In this document: positions 1-9,562 of the stretch, piece after piece
Layout: each line of letters begins with the position of its first letter
Position numbering within the stretch: the stretch's first letter is position 1
NCBI GenBank assembly: GCA_045600125.1
Contig: JAZRXH010000119.1
Location: 1,513-65,512 of the forward strand
Length of the DNA stretch: 64,000 bases
From: Eubacteriales bacterium
GTDB taxonomy: Bacteria > Bacillota > Clostridia > Oscillospirales > CAG-382
Direction: 5' to 3'
Notes under the pieces: generated by a model
The model's input: only the letters and a program-made list of their open reading frames with translations
What the model was told of the DNA's origin: nothing
The model's database searches: none
Program-made: the position numbers and the translations under genes

Positions 1-963
1 TGCGGAACCAACAGCGGCATCGGCAACTACGTGGTCATTCAGCACGACGAGGGCTGGACCTCGCTGTATTATCATCTGTCCTACTACACCGTAAAGATCG
101 GGCAGGAGGTAGAGTGCGGCGAGAGCATCGGCGTCATGGGAAATACCGGTGGCAACTACGGCATCCATCTGCATTTCCAGACCTGCGACGGCTGGTACGA
201 CGGCATCTGGGCGACCCAGAACAATCACCACGCAGCGCCTCACACCTACGTGCCGCAGCTTCTGTCGGCGTTCAATTACACTCCCGACTATGAGAGCGAA
301 AAGAGCGACCGGGTCATCGTCACAAAGTTCGAGATCCCCTCGGAGATGGTCGTGGGAAGCGCTTATCCTCTTACGAAAAACAAGCCCTATTTCTCAAGCG
401 AAAACAATATCTGTTCCTATGCCTTCACCGTGACCGATGAGAACGGAAACACCGAAATGTCCGCCGTCGAGGATTCTCCCGTCATGCGCAGCGACGGCTA
501 CTATAAATACTGCGACGTTTCAAAAGGCTTTGACGGCAAGTGCTGCTTCGACTCTCTGTCTCTCGGCAAAAAAGAATGGACGCTCACGGTGACCACTTCG
601 CTCGGACGGACACGGGTGGTAAAGCACGGCTCCTTCCTTGTGCGGGAGATGACCGCAGCCGAAAAGAAGGCAAAGGAGGAAGCCGAGCGCAAGGCAAAGG
701 AAGAAGCCGAGCGCAAGGCGAAGGAAGAAGCCGAACGCAATGCCGAAAATGAGGCAGAGACACAAGTCCGCACCCCGGAAAGCGGCGAAGGATCCTCCGA
801 CGCCGAAGAAACGGAAGACGATGCCGGGGAACCTTCTGACGGCGACGCCGACAGGGATGCCGGAGAAGAAGAACCGGGAGAGGCGGAAGAGGCGGAAGAA
901 CCGGAAGTGGATGCCGACGGAAACGGGGTGGAGACGCTTGCCGCTTCGGACAGTACCGAATGA
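1..963 (+). CDS. M23 family metallopeptidase with charged helical repeat and acidic tail (5'-truncated by the window)
   Basis: Frame is open from base 1 (GNYVVIQH...YYHL...GNTG...HLHF, the M23 HxH motif), followed by (KAKEEAER)x3 and a D/E-rich tail. Confidence 0.8.
   Translation, partial: CGTNSGIGNYVVIQHDEGWTSLYYHLSYYTVKIGQEVECGESIGVMGNTGGNYGIHLHFQTCDGWYDGIWATQNNHHAAPHTYVPQLLSAFNYTPDYESEKSDRVIVTKFEIPSEMVVGSAYPLTKNKPYFSSENNICSYAFTVTDENGNTEMSAVEDSPVMRSDGYYKYCDVSKGFDGKCCFDSLSLGKKEWTLTVTTSLGRTRVVKHGSFLVREMTAAEKKAKEEAERKAKEEAERKAKEEAERNAENEAETQVRTPESGEGSSDAEETEDDAGEPSDGDADRDAGEEEPGEAEEAEEPEVDADGNGVETLAASDSTE
667..738 (+). repeat. 24-bp in-frame tandem repeat encoding KAKEEAER x3
   Basis: aaggcaaaggargaagccgagcgc units. 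Confidence 0.8.
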
Positions 964-1011
964 GTCTGCATTTTTACTATTTGTAAAAATACTTTAACGG
1001 AGGAAGGAACT

Positions 1012-2175
1012 GTGGGAGTTGAACGACTGAAAGCTGCAGACTTTGAAGATCTGACGGATTTTATCAATCTTGTTTTTTCACAGACGCTGTTCAAAGTCGA
1101 CTTCAAAAAAGATCTGGGATATCTCTATGCCAAAGATGACGAGCATATGAGGCGGCAGTACGCATACCGTGACGAAGCGGGGAAGATCCGTTCGGCGGTG
1201 GGCGTTATGCCGTACACTTATAAAGTCGGAAACGAAGAGTTTTCGGCTAAGACCATCACCAACGTAGCGACCCACCTTGACTGCTCCGGCAAAGGGTATA
1301 TGAGTTCCGTACTGAAAAAAGCGATATCCGACATGGAAGAGGACGGAACGGATTTTGCTATCCTTCACGGGCAGAAGGAAAGGTACCTGAGCTTCGGCTT
1401 CAACACCGCCGGCGTCGGTGAAAGCGCCGTTTATAAGGCCTTCAATATCCCCGACCGTGTGCGGATGGGAGAGGTGTTTGATTACTCCTTCGAACCCGTT
1501 TCGGAAAAGGACGCCGTTAAATGTGAAGAGCTGTTTGAAAAGGAGCCTCAGCATTTTGTGCGCCCCGAGGGAGAATTCTTGCGCTGTCTTTCCCTATGGA
1601 ACGGACGAACGTTTGCGGTGCTTGACAAAAACGGGGACTTTTCGGGTTACCTGAACTGCATGACCCATTTCGGCTCCCCGGTCATCCGCGAAATTTTCCT
1701 CAAGGATCCCGCCGAAGCGGCAAAGATCATCTATTCCTTCATGAAGGAAAAAGGCTTTGATTCGGTAAAGGTGCATTTTTCGCCTTTTAACGAAAAGCTC
1801 AGCCGCACGATTTACGAAACCGCCGAGGATACGGCGCTGACACACCTTAACCGCATAAAATTCTTTCGGCCGAAAAGACTTCTCGAGGCTTGTCTTGATC
1901 TCAAAAATGAGTTTTGTCCGCTGTCGGAGGGAAGACTCGTCGTAAAAAGCGCATTCGGAAATCTTCTGATCGAAAACGACGGAAAATTTCACGTGCAGGA
2001 CACCGACAAAGAGCCGGACTTCGTAGTAGAAGGACGCGAAACGAACGCCTTCTTTTTCGGTCCGCACCCCAACCTTTGCGGCTTGGCGGATCGGTCAACG
2101 GAGCTTTCGGTAAAGATCCCGGCTTGCACGTGGTTCCCCGCTCCGCTTTACATACACAATTCGGAGCTGTATTAA
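1012..2175 (+). CDS. GNAT acetyltransferase, Eis-like
   Basis: ITNVATHxDCSGKGYM acetyl-CoA motif; GGAGG RBS; C-terminal SCP2-like region. Confidence 0.75.
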   Translation: MGVERLKAADFEDLTDFINLVFSQTLFKVDFKKDLGYLYAKDDEHMRRQYAYRDEAGKIRSAVGVMPYTYKVGNEEFSAKTITNVATHLDCSGKGYMSSVLKKAISDMEEDGTDFAILHGQKERYLSFGFNTAGVGESAVYKAFNIPDRVRMGEVFDYSFEPVSEKDAVKCEELFEKEPQHFVRPEGEFLRCLSLWNGRTFAVLDKNGDFSGYLNCMTHFGSPVIREIFLKDPAEAAKIIYSFMKEKGFDSVKVHFSPFNEKLSRTIYETAEDTALTHLNRIKFFRPKRLLEACLDLKNEFCPLSEGRLVVKSAFGNLLIENDGKFHVQDTDKEPDFVVEGRETNAFFFGPHPNLCGLADRSTELSVKIPACTWFPAPLYIHNSELY

Positions 2176-2457
2176 CGGGGGAACCGTATAGAAAAAGCAA
2201 TAACCGAATAATATAGGACGGAAAGAGTGAAACGGCGTCTGTACCCCGCTTTTTCTTCAAAACCGGAAAAGCGCCGGGAAGAGCGGAAAAAGCCTTGCCG
2301 CACAAGGCTTTGCGGGGTGTGCAGATCCTGAAAAATGCTCTTGTCATTCGATTTTGAAAAAGTGAGATATTGTGCGATATTTTGAGATATTCGAAGAAAA
2401 CAGAGTAATTTCTGCAAAAAGGTGTTCTCTGCGTTTTGAAAACGTCTGCCGCCGTCT

Positions 2458-2486
2458 TTGACAAAAGACGCATTCTCTGCTATAAT
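2458..2486 (+). promoter_or_regulatory. Consensus sigmaA promoter (TTGACA-17-TATAAT, extended -10 TG)
   Basis: TTGACA 2458-2463, TATAAT 2481-2486. Confidence 0.85.
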
Positions 2487-2495
2487 AGTCGCAAC

Positions 2496-2598
2496 AAAGG
2501 GAGTAGTCAGGGACGAAGATTCCGTGCACGCCTCGTCAGGACGGTCCGCAAGGGCCCGGGACGCGCAAAGACTCACGACGGGTTTTGACAAGACTTTT
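2496..2598 (+). ncRNA. yybP-ykoY (Mn2+-sensing) riboswitch aptamer
   Basis: AAAG-GGAGTA-GTCA...TGAC-AAGA-CTTT (P1/L1) and CTCGTCAGGACG-GTCC-GCAA-GGGC-CCGGG (L3/P3), matching the family consensus from memory; starts ~10 nt after the -10 box. Confidence 0.85.
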
Positions 2599-2631
2599 AC
2601 GGCAGAGGGATTCTCCGTAAAAGTCTTTTTT
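2590..2631 (+). terminator. Intrinsic terminator, the riboswitch expression platform
   Basis: AAGACTTTTACGG/CCGTAAAAGTCTT 13-bp stem plus T-tract; the 5' arm overlaps the aptamer P1 3' strand. Confidence 0.85.
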
Positions 2632-2716
2632 GTACCGACCGCTTTCTTTGCAAGGTAAACGGTACCGTAAAAAATAAGGGGGCACGTGCCCCGAAGAAAG
2701 AGAAAGGAAGAAAATC

Positions 2717-4144
2717 ATGCCTCAGATCAGTACCAACACGATCACAGCCATCGTCCTTGCGGTAATAGCCGCCGTTGTCCTCTTTGCCATGGGTTACCTG
2801 AAAGCGCCGCCGGACACGGCGTACATCATCACGGGTCTCGGCAAAAAGCGTATCCTCATCGGTAAGGCGGGATGGAGAGTGCCCTTCCTCGAAAGAGTGG
2901 ACAAGCTTTCCCTCCGTGTCATGCAGGTAGACGTCAAGACCAGCGAAGCCGTACCGACAAACGAATTCATCAACGTAACGGTAGACGGCGTTGCCAACAT
3001 CAAAATATCCTCCGACCCGGAGCTGCTGAAGCGTGCCGCCGAGGCGCTCCTCGGTATGCGCCAGCCCGAGCTTATCAATCTTGTAACGCAGGTGCTGGAA
3101 GGCAACATGCGTGAAATCGTTGGCTCCGTCGGTCTTAAGGAAATGGTTCAGGACAGACAGGGCGTTGCAAAAAAGATCACCGAAAACGTAGTGCCGGATA
3201 TGCAGAAGCTGGGTATTGAAGTGGTGAACTTCAACATTCAGAACTTCAAGGACGGTGCGGGCACCATTGAGAACATGGGTATCGACAACATCGAGCAGAT
3301 CCGCAAGAACGCCCAGATCGCCAAGGCGAATGCGCAGAGGGATATCGCCATTGCGACCTCCAACGCACAGCAGGAAGCCAACGCCGTAAAGGTGCAGGCA
3401 GACCGCAAGATCGCCGAGCAGAACACCGAGCTGGAGGTGCAGAAGGCAAATCTCCGTGCGCAGGCAGACTCCAAGAAGGCGGAAGCCGACGCCGCATACT
3501 CGATCCAGCAGGAAAATCAGCGTAAGACCATCGAGATCACCAAGGCGGACGCCGACATCGCAAGGCTCGCAAAGCAGACCGAGCTTGCCGAAAAGGAGAT
3601 CGCCATCAAGGAGCGTCAGCTCGACGCCGACATCCGCAAGCAGGCAGACGCCGAGAAGTACAAGGCGGAGAAGGAAGCGGAAGCCGATCTGATCCGTCGT
3701 CAGAGAGATGCGGAAGCAAAGACCTACGAAGCCACGAAGGAAGCCGAAGCGCTTAAGGCAGAGGCGGAAGCGAAGAGATTCGCCATGGAGCAGGAGGCCG
3801 AGGGTATCCGTGCCAAGGGCCTTGCCGAAGCGGAAGCCATCGAAAAGAAGGCGGAAGCGCAGAAGAAGATGGGCGAAGCCTCCATCCTCGAAATGTACCT
3901 CTCCGCTCTCCCCGAGGTCGTAAAGAATGCCGCCGAGCCTCTGTCCCAGACCGACAAGATCGTTATGTACGGCGACGGCAACTCCACAAAGCTCGTGCGT
4001 GACGTCATGGCAAGCACCAATCAGGTCATCGACGGCATCAAGGAGTCTACCGGCCTCGACGTGACCGCTATGCTCAGCGGTGTCATCGGCGGTAAGCTGG
4101 CAAATACCAAGACCGAAGAAACTACCCCCGCCGTGGGCGAATAA
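2717..4144 (+). CDS. Flotillin / SPFH (Band 7) family protein
   Basis: N-terminal TM segment, SPFH domain (RVPFLERVDKLSL...VLEGNMREIVG), AEA-rich coiled coil. Confidence 0.92.
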   Translation: MPQISTNTITAIVLAVIAAVVLFAMGYLKAPPDTAYIITGLGKKRILIGKAGWRVPFLERVDKLSLRVMQVDVKTSEAVPTNEFINVTVDGVANIKISSDPELLKRAAEALLGMRQPELINLVTQVLEGNMREIVGSVGLKEMVQDRQGVAKKITENVVPDMQKLGIEVVNFNIQNFKDGAGTIENMGIDNIEQIRKNAQIAKANAQRDIAIATSNAQQEANAVKVQADRKIAEQNTELEVQKANLRAQADSKKAEADAAYSIQQENQRKTIEITKADADIARLAKQTELAEKEIAIKERQLDADIRKQADAEKYKAEKEAEADLIRRQRDAEAKTYEATKEAEALKAEAEAKRFAMEQEAEGIRAKGLAEAEAIEKKAEAQKKMGEASILEMYLSALPEVVKNAAEPLSQTDKIVMYGDGNSTKLVRDVMASTNQVIDGIKESTGLDVTAMLSGVIGGKLANTKTEETTPAVGE

Positions 4145-4157
4145 AACGAATTTCATG

Positions 4158-4552
4158 CAGGGGGCTGCTCGCCCCCTGCGACCCCGTCGCCGCCTTTTGA
4201 AAAAGGCGGGCGAAAACTTTGAAATGAGGCAAAGCCCTGAAGCGGGCTTTGCCCTGGCTTTTCTCAAATAAAGGGTTATTGCCTACGGTCTGTTGCGGCA
4301 GTGCATGCCGCAAGCGCCTCCCTTGGCGCTTGCGACAGCGCTAAAGTTTTCTTCGCAAACTTTCACTCAGAGAAGCTTTGTGCGAAGTGACCATGAGCTT
4401 TGCCGCTTTGATATACGGCGGCAAAGCGGGGCAACAGTCGGGCATCTGCATTTCCGATTTATACGGAGGTGCATTCTCGTATTGCCTGCGGGGCTCCCCG
4501 CAAAAAGGCGGGCGAAAACCTTCAAATAGTCAAAGTCCGTTCGGACTTTAAC
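4158..4552 (+). repeat. Modular palindromic intergenic repeat, copy 1
   Basis: GGGGCTGCTCGCCCC; CGCCTTTTGAAAAAGGCGGGCGAAAACTTT; AAAGGGTTATTGCCTAC; GCTTTGCCGC...GCGGCAAAGC; CAAAGTCCGTTCGGACTTT. Confidence 0.9.
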
Positions 4553-4727
4553 GGGGGGTTGCATAATTCGTATGTGCGAGATATTGCTGAAATCCTGCCG
4601 CAGCAATTATGCCGAGTGGATGTGACGGATTTGAGGTTATATCCACTTTTTTATTTACATTAAAATTGTCATTTCTTTCTCACACACCAAAAATTATGAT
4701 GAACCAATAAAATAGGAGTAAAAAGCT

Positions 4728-4949
4728 ATGTTTGAAAAAATCAAAGAAAAGCGCGAACGGCAAATGAGAGAAGCCCAAGAGAAATTAGAACAAGAAATCA
4801 AATCAGAACGTGAAAGACTAATGGCATTAAGTGAGAAGGAACTTATGGTAGAAACAATAATCGAATTAAAAAAGATTACATACGGTTGCAAGGTAATATC
4901 GTCTCAGTGCGATGATATTGCGCGCAAAATAGTTGTTTGGAGTAATTAA
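4728..4949 (+). CDS. Small AT-rich hypothetical coiled-coil protein
   Basis: AGGAG RBS, 73 aa, low GC relative to neighbours. Confidence 0.6.
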   Translation: MFEKIKEKRERQMREAQEKLEQEIKSERERLMALSEKELMVETIIELKKITYGCKVISSQCDDIARKIVVWSN

Positions 4950-5011
4950 TAATTCGATTTCTATGTACGGAGCACGCATTACGCCTGCTCCGGTTTCTTT
5001 ATACTTCACCC

Positions 5012-5122
5012 CTGAGTTTGACCGCTTTGCTTTATGGCGGTCAAACGGGATAATACCCGGACGTCAGCGCCCCCGATTTTGTCTGCGGTAGGGTCTCGGA
5101 GTGGCAGTGGGGTCTCCCCGCC
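5012..5122 (+). repeat. Modular repeat, copy 2 (GTTTGACCGC...GCGGTCAAAC variant)
   Basis: Homologous to 4395-4500 and 23422-23530. Confidence 0.75.
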
Positions 5123-5307
5123 CTGCCTTCGCTCTTGATTTTTTCTGCAATTTGTGGTATGCTGTTCTGAGAGAATCGAAGACCGCCGATCGACGGGACG
5201 CACCGGAGAAAGGAACAGAAAACACTGCTTCCCTTTTCGTCAGATTCTGTCATAATTTGGTCAAGCGGCGGTCAGGCATCGTTTTAATAAAACAGTCAGG
5301 AGATCAT

Positions 5308-6303
5308 ATGCAGGAGCTTGTTCGTCCGCTTTTGGACTGGTACGAAAAAAACGCCCGGATGCTGCCGTGGCGGCAGGATATCACCCCCTATAAGGTCTGG
5401 GTCTCGGAGATCATGCTGCAGCAGACACGGATTGATGCGGCGCTCGGGTACTACACCCGCTTCATCGAAGCCTTTCCCACCGTGGAGGCTCTGGCAAACG
5501 CCGACACCGAGGAGGTGCTGAAGCTCTGGGAGGGGCTCGGTTACTACTCCCGTGCCCGGCATATGCAGGAATGCGCACGGAAGATCTGCTCGGAATTCGG
5601 CGGCAGCTTTCCCGAAGAGGCCTCCGTGCTCCGCAACCTTCCCGGCATAGGCGACTATACGGCAGGCGCCGTGGCTTCCATCGCCTTCGATAAGCCGGAG
5701 CCCGCCGTGGACGGGAACGTCCTGCGTGTATACGCCCGTCTCTGCCGGTGCGAGGAAAACGTGGGGGACAATGCCGTGAAAAAAAGAGTCCGTGAGGAGC
5801 TCCGTGCTCTGTATCCAAAGGGAGAGTGCGGCGCCTTTTCCGCCGCATGGATGGAGCTGGGGGAGGTCGTTTGCATCCCCGCTTCTCCCCGCTGTGCCGT
5901 CTGCCCGCTGGCGGAGTTCTGCAAGGCGCACGAGGCGCAGAAGGAAACCGACTACCCACGCCTGCCGCCGAAAAAGCCCCGCCGCATCGAGCACCGGAAC
6001 GTCCTTCTTCTTTTGTGCGGCGACCGGTGCGCTCTGCAGAAGCGCCCGGAAAAGGGACTGCTTGCAGGTCTTTGGGAACTTCCCAACAGACTCGACGGCG
6101 AGCCGCTTCCCGAAGGTGCCGAGCCATGCGGGGAGGCTGTCCATATATTCAGCCACATCGAGTGGCACATGAAGGGGTACATCCTGCGCACTGAAAAAGA
6201 GCTTCCCGGGTACGTGTGGTTGTCACGGGAAGAACGGCTTCAGAGAGCGCTCCCCAGCGCCTTCCGGTACTATGTGAACGTTCTGGAAAAGATGGGCTAC
6301 TGA
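5308..6303 (+). CDS. mutY: A/G-specific adenine glycosylase
   Basis: VWVSEIMLQQT, LPGIGDYTAGA HhH motif, AVDGNV, CX6CX2CX5C FeS cluster; AGGAG RBS before ATG 5308. Confidence 0.95.
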   Translation: MQELVRPLLDWYEKNARMLPWRQDITPYKVWVSEIMLQQTRIDAALGYYTRFIEAFPTVEALANADTEEVLKLWEGLGYYSRARHMQECARKICSEFGGSFPEEASVLRNLPGIGDYTAGAVASIAFDKPEPAVDGNVLRVYARLCRCEENVGDNAVKKRVREELRALYPKGECGAFSAAWMELGEVVCIPASPRCAVCPLAEFCKAHEAQKETDYPRLPPKKPRRIEHRNVLLLLCGDRCALQKRPEKGLLAGLWELPNRLDGEPLPEGAEPCGEAVHIFSHIEWHMKGYILRTEKELPGYVWLSREERLQRALPSAFRYYVNVLEKMGY

Positions 6304-6389
6304 TTTTCCACGCCTCAAAGACGATAATCGTATCGACGATCCTCCGTGAAAAATTCACGGGGGATTTTTGCATAAAGGGACTGCCTGCC

Positions 6390-7028
6390 GCAAGCGGCGG
6401 GGAAGCCCCCGCGGGCAACTCGGGACTGTACCACAGACAAAATCGGGAGTGCAGATACCCGAGTATTGTCCGGCTTTGCCGCCATAAATTCAAACGTCAA
6501 AGCTCATGGTCACTTCGCACAAAGTTACTCTGCGTGAAAGTTTTCGAAGAAAACTTTAGCATGTCGCAACAGACAGTAGGCACTTACCCTTTAGTCAAGA
6601 AAAAACGCAGCCCAAGTCCGTTTGGACTTGGGCTTATTTCAAAGTTTTCGCCCGCCTTTTTGCGGGGAGGCCCCGCCGCCACTTCGGGACTGCACCGCAG
6701 GTGAAATTCGAGAGCGCAGATGCCCGGAACTATCCCCGCTTTGCCGCCATATATTCAAGCGGCAAAGCTCATGGTCACTTCGCACAAAGTTTCTCTGAGT
6801 GAAAGTTTTCGAAGAAAACTTTAGCATGTCGCAACAGACAGTAGGCACTTACCCTTTAGTCAAGAAAAAACGCAGCCCAAGTCCGTTTGGACTTGGGCTT
6901 ATTTCAAAGTTTTCGCCCGCCTTTTTCAAAAGGCGGCGACGGGGTATGGGGGCGAGCAGCCCCCAAAAAGGTTTGCAGGGGGCGAGCAGCCCCCATAAAA
7001 AGGTTTGCAGGGGGCGAGCAGCCCCCAT
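6390..7028 (-). repeat. Modular repeat, copy 3: two tandem ~265-bp units plus 3 GGGGCGAGCAGCCCC hairpins
   Basis: 6498-6661 is nearly identical to 6763-6926; reverse complement of copy 7. Confidence 0.92.
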
Positions 7029-7031
7029 AAA

Positions 7032-7871
7032 TCAAAGCACGTTGATATAGTAGCTGAGCTCGAATCTGTTGTGGGGAGCAAGGAAGTTCATGCAGTACCG
7101 GCTGCGGAAGTCGTCATCCGTTCCGACCTTGTCGTCACAGCCGAACCAGGGCTCGATGCAGCAGAAGGGAGCGCCCACGGGAGACCAGAAGACGCAGTTG
7201 GGGAAGCCGGTGAAGGAGACCTCGATGTACTCGCCGTTTTCATCCGCCAGTCTTGCGGCGTAGAGCTGCTTTTCGGTGAAGAAGAGGGCGTCCTTCTTGA
7301 AGGTGTCGGCGGTAATGGTTATGCGGTCATTGCAGGGCACGCTCTCCTCGGGCAGAAGCTTGGCTTCGAGATTCTTGAAAGAGTAACTGCCCTTATTGCC
7401 CATAAGGTGGATCTCGTTGCCGAGCTTTGATACGAAGGCGGGATGCGCACCGAACTGGAAGGGCATCGTCACGTCGCCCGTGTTTTCAACGCAGAAGGTC
7501 ACCTTTACGCTGCTGCCGATGAGCTCGTGGCTGATCCGGAAATCAAATTCAAAGGGGTAGACCGCACGGGTCACGTCGTCGGATACACGGCGATGAACGA
7601 TCTTTGTGTCGGTTGCCTCGATGCATTCCATGGGATTGCGGCGCACGAAGCCGTGGATGATCAGCTCGTATTCCTTGCCGTCCAGCGTGTACTTGACGTT
7701 GTGGAAGCGTCCGGTCACCGGGAAGAGGCAGGGCGAGGTGTTATCCCACCAGGCGGGATCTGCCTTGAACAGATATTCCCGTCCCGTGGCGTTCTTGACG
7801 AGGGAGCGGGGCTCGCCGCCGATGTCGGATACCTCCAGAGTAAGCGTTTCGTTTTTCAGTGTGTGAAGCAT
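7032..7871 (-). CDS. Aldose 1-epimerase family (LacX/GalM-like)
   Basis: SPCLFPVTGR, HGFVR, FGAHPAF, CIEPW. Confidence 0.9.
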   Translation of the reverse strand: MLHTLKNETLTLEVSDIGGEPRSLVKNATGREYLFKADPAWWDNTSPCLFPVTGRFHNVKYTLDGKEYELIIHGFVRRNPMECIEATDTKIVHRRVSDDVTRAVYPFEFDFRISHELIGSSVKVTFCVENTGDVTMPFQFGAHPAFVSKLGNEIHLMGNKGSYSFKNLEAKLLPEESVPCNDRITITADTFKKDALFFTEKQLYAARLADENGEYIEVSFTGFPNCVFWSPVGAPFCCIEPWFGCDDKVGTDDDFRSRYCMNFLAPHNRFELSYYINVL

Positions 7872-7903
7872 GGCTTTTTATCCTTTCTTGTCAGAGTTTT
7901 ATA

Positions 7904-8863
7904 TTACCTTTGCGTAATGATTTCCATCGCCCCGAAGGCGGCGGCGTTGTCGCAAATTTCATCTTCGGCGCAGATGCATTCGACGCCGGAGTGCCGCAGA
8001 AGAAGGGCAAGCTCGCTTTTCAGCGGCTCGGAGCCTCCCACGATGACGGGGGTGTTTTCGTTCTTCCGGAAAGCCTTCACCGCCTCCACGTCGCCGCAGA
8101 GGATCTCTCCCATGAAGAAGGAGGATGTCTCCGCTTCGGTGGGGTGGAACGTCTTTTCGAGGAGCCGCACGCCGAAGAGCGCCCGGTTGATCCCGTGCTC
8201 CCGGCAGTATTCATAGCCGGATACAAGATATTTTTCGTCGTACTGCGCCGTGAGCGAGAAGGAGTTTTTCAGAATCGTCCCCTTTGACAGCGCCGAAGCC
8301 ATCTCGCCGCTCAGCGTCGTGGAGAAGGAGAAGATCGTGTTTTCGTCCCCGTGGATGACCTTGTTGTGCGAGCCGGGAAGGACGACCGTAACGCCCCCCT
8401 TGACGCCAAGCGCCTTCGTGAGCCCGAAGTATTCGCACTCCTCGCCCCGCATGAGATCCACGTCACAAAGACCGGACACGTCCCGCACCTTTGAGCTTCT
8501 TTTTACCCCGGGAATGAAGCAGAACGGGACAGCGGATATTTCCGGAAGGGACGTGCGGACAGAAGCCCTTGCAAGGTCTGCTCTCGAGGCGGGTGCCTCT
8601 ATGTGCGGCACGCAGAAAAGTCCGATCTCCGAGCAGATCATGCCCGAAAAGACTGCCGCTTCCACGTCTTTTTCGCCGAGCGATGCGCAGCGAAGAAGAG
8701 AAGCGATGCCCTCCTTTACCGCTCCGGCAAGAGCGGAGTTGTCGCTGCCCTTCGTGCTTCCCGCACCGATATTCAACTTTTCGGAAAGTGTGATCGTCCC
8801 GTCCTTCACAAGGCGCAGACGGGTGGAGGTCGTGCCTCCGTCTATAAATATAAAAGCTGCCAT
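7904..8863 (-). CDS. dgoK: 2-dehydro-3-deoxygalactonokinase
   Basis: IDGGTTSTR, SGMICSEIGL, DLMRGEE, LPGSHNK, TLSGE. Confidence 0.85.
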   Translation of the reverse strand: MAAFIFIDGGTTSTRLRLVKDGTITLSEKLNIGAGSTKGSDNSALAGAVKEGIASLLRCASLGEKDVEAAVFSGMICSEIGLFCVPHIEAPASRADLARASVRTSLPEISAVPFCFIPGVKRSSKVRDVSGLCDVDLMRGEECEYFGLTKALGVKGGVTVVLPGSHNKVIHGDENTIFSFSTTLSGEMASALSKGTILKNSFSLTAQYDEKYLVSGYEYCREHGINRALFGVRLLEKTFHPTEAETSSFFMGEILCGDVEAVKAFRKNENTPVIVGGSEPLKSELALLLRHSGVECICAEDEICDNAAAFGAMEIITQR

Positions 8864-8864
8864 A

Positions 8865-9290
8865 TTACCCTATTTTCTCTATCGTTATCCTTCGTTCGCT
8901 CTCACCGAGCCGTTCAAAGCGCACCTCGTACCGATCATCTGGCAGGTCTTCTTCGATGTTCTCGCACCATTCGGCGAGGATGACCCCGCCCCGCTCCGCA
9001 TAGTCGTAGAAGCCGGTGGAATAGAGATCGTCTGCGTCTTTTATACGGTACATATCGAAGTGGAAAAGGTCGAGCCTTCCTCTGTACTCGTTGACGAGGG
9101 CAAAGGTGGGACTGGTGACACGGACGCCGGGACAGAGCACCGAGGCAACGCCCCGCACGAAGGCGGTCTTTCCCATGCCGAGCGTTCCGAAAAAGGCGAC
9201 AAAGTCCCCCGAAACAAGGCTCTTTGCAAGCTCGGCGCCGATTTTTTCGGTATCCTCGGGGCTGTGGCTCGTGTATTCTTTCTTCGGCAT
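8865..9290 (-). CDS. tsaE: tRNA threonylcarbamoyladenosine biosynthesis ATPase
   Basis: GTLGMGKT, VTSPTFALVNEY, HFDMYR, AEW. Confidence 0.95.
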   Translation of the reverse strand: MPKKEYTSHSPEDTEKIGAELAKSLVSGDFVAFFGTLGMGKTAFVRGVASVLCPGVRVTSPTFALVNEYRGRLDLFHFDMYRIKDADDLYSTGFYDYAERGGVILAEWCENIEEDLPDDRYEVRFERLGESERRITIEKIG

Positions 9291-9562
9291 ATCGCCGCCT
9301 CCTTCCGCATAATGAAAGCTTTTTGACCATACAGCGTGATTATACACTTTTTCCCGTGCTTTGTCAAGGGCGGGCAGGTACCGCTGCGCAGAAAATCCCC
9401 GCCTGCAAGATTTATGAATCCCTCTTGCATTTTCCGAAAAAACGTGATACAATAGAGTTGTAATAATAATTACGTCCATTAAATCAGCCGTCCGCAGGAC
9501 AACAGAGCCGGATACCGTCTTTTTGTTTTGCGCCCGGCGAATACCGGAGGTCAAAAATCAAG

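Noticed and set aside
4293-4663. Short ORFs recurring in repeat copies (e.g. ...RSDHELCRFDIW..., also near 6.2-7.0 and 29.5-30.0 kb)
   Set aside because: Translations of the non-coding repeat; frames and starts are not conserved and there is no RBS
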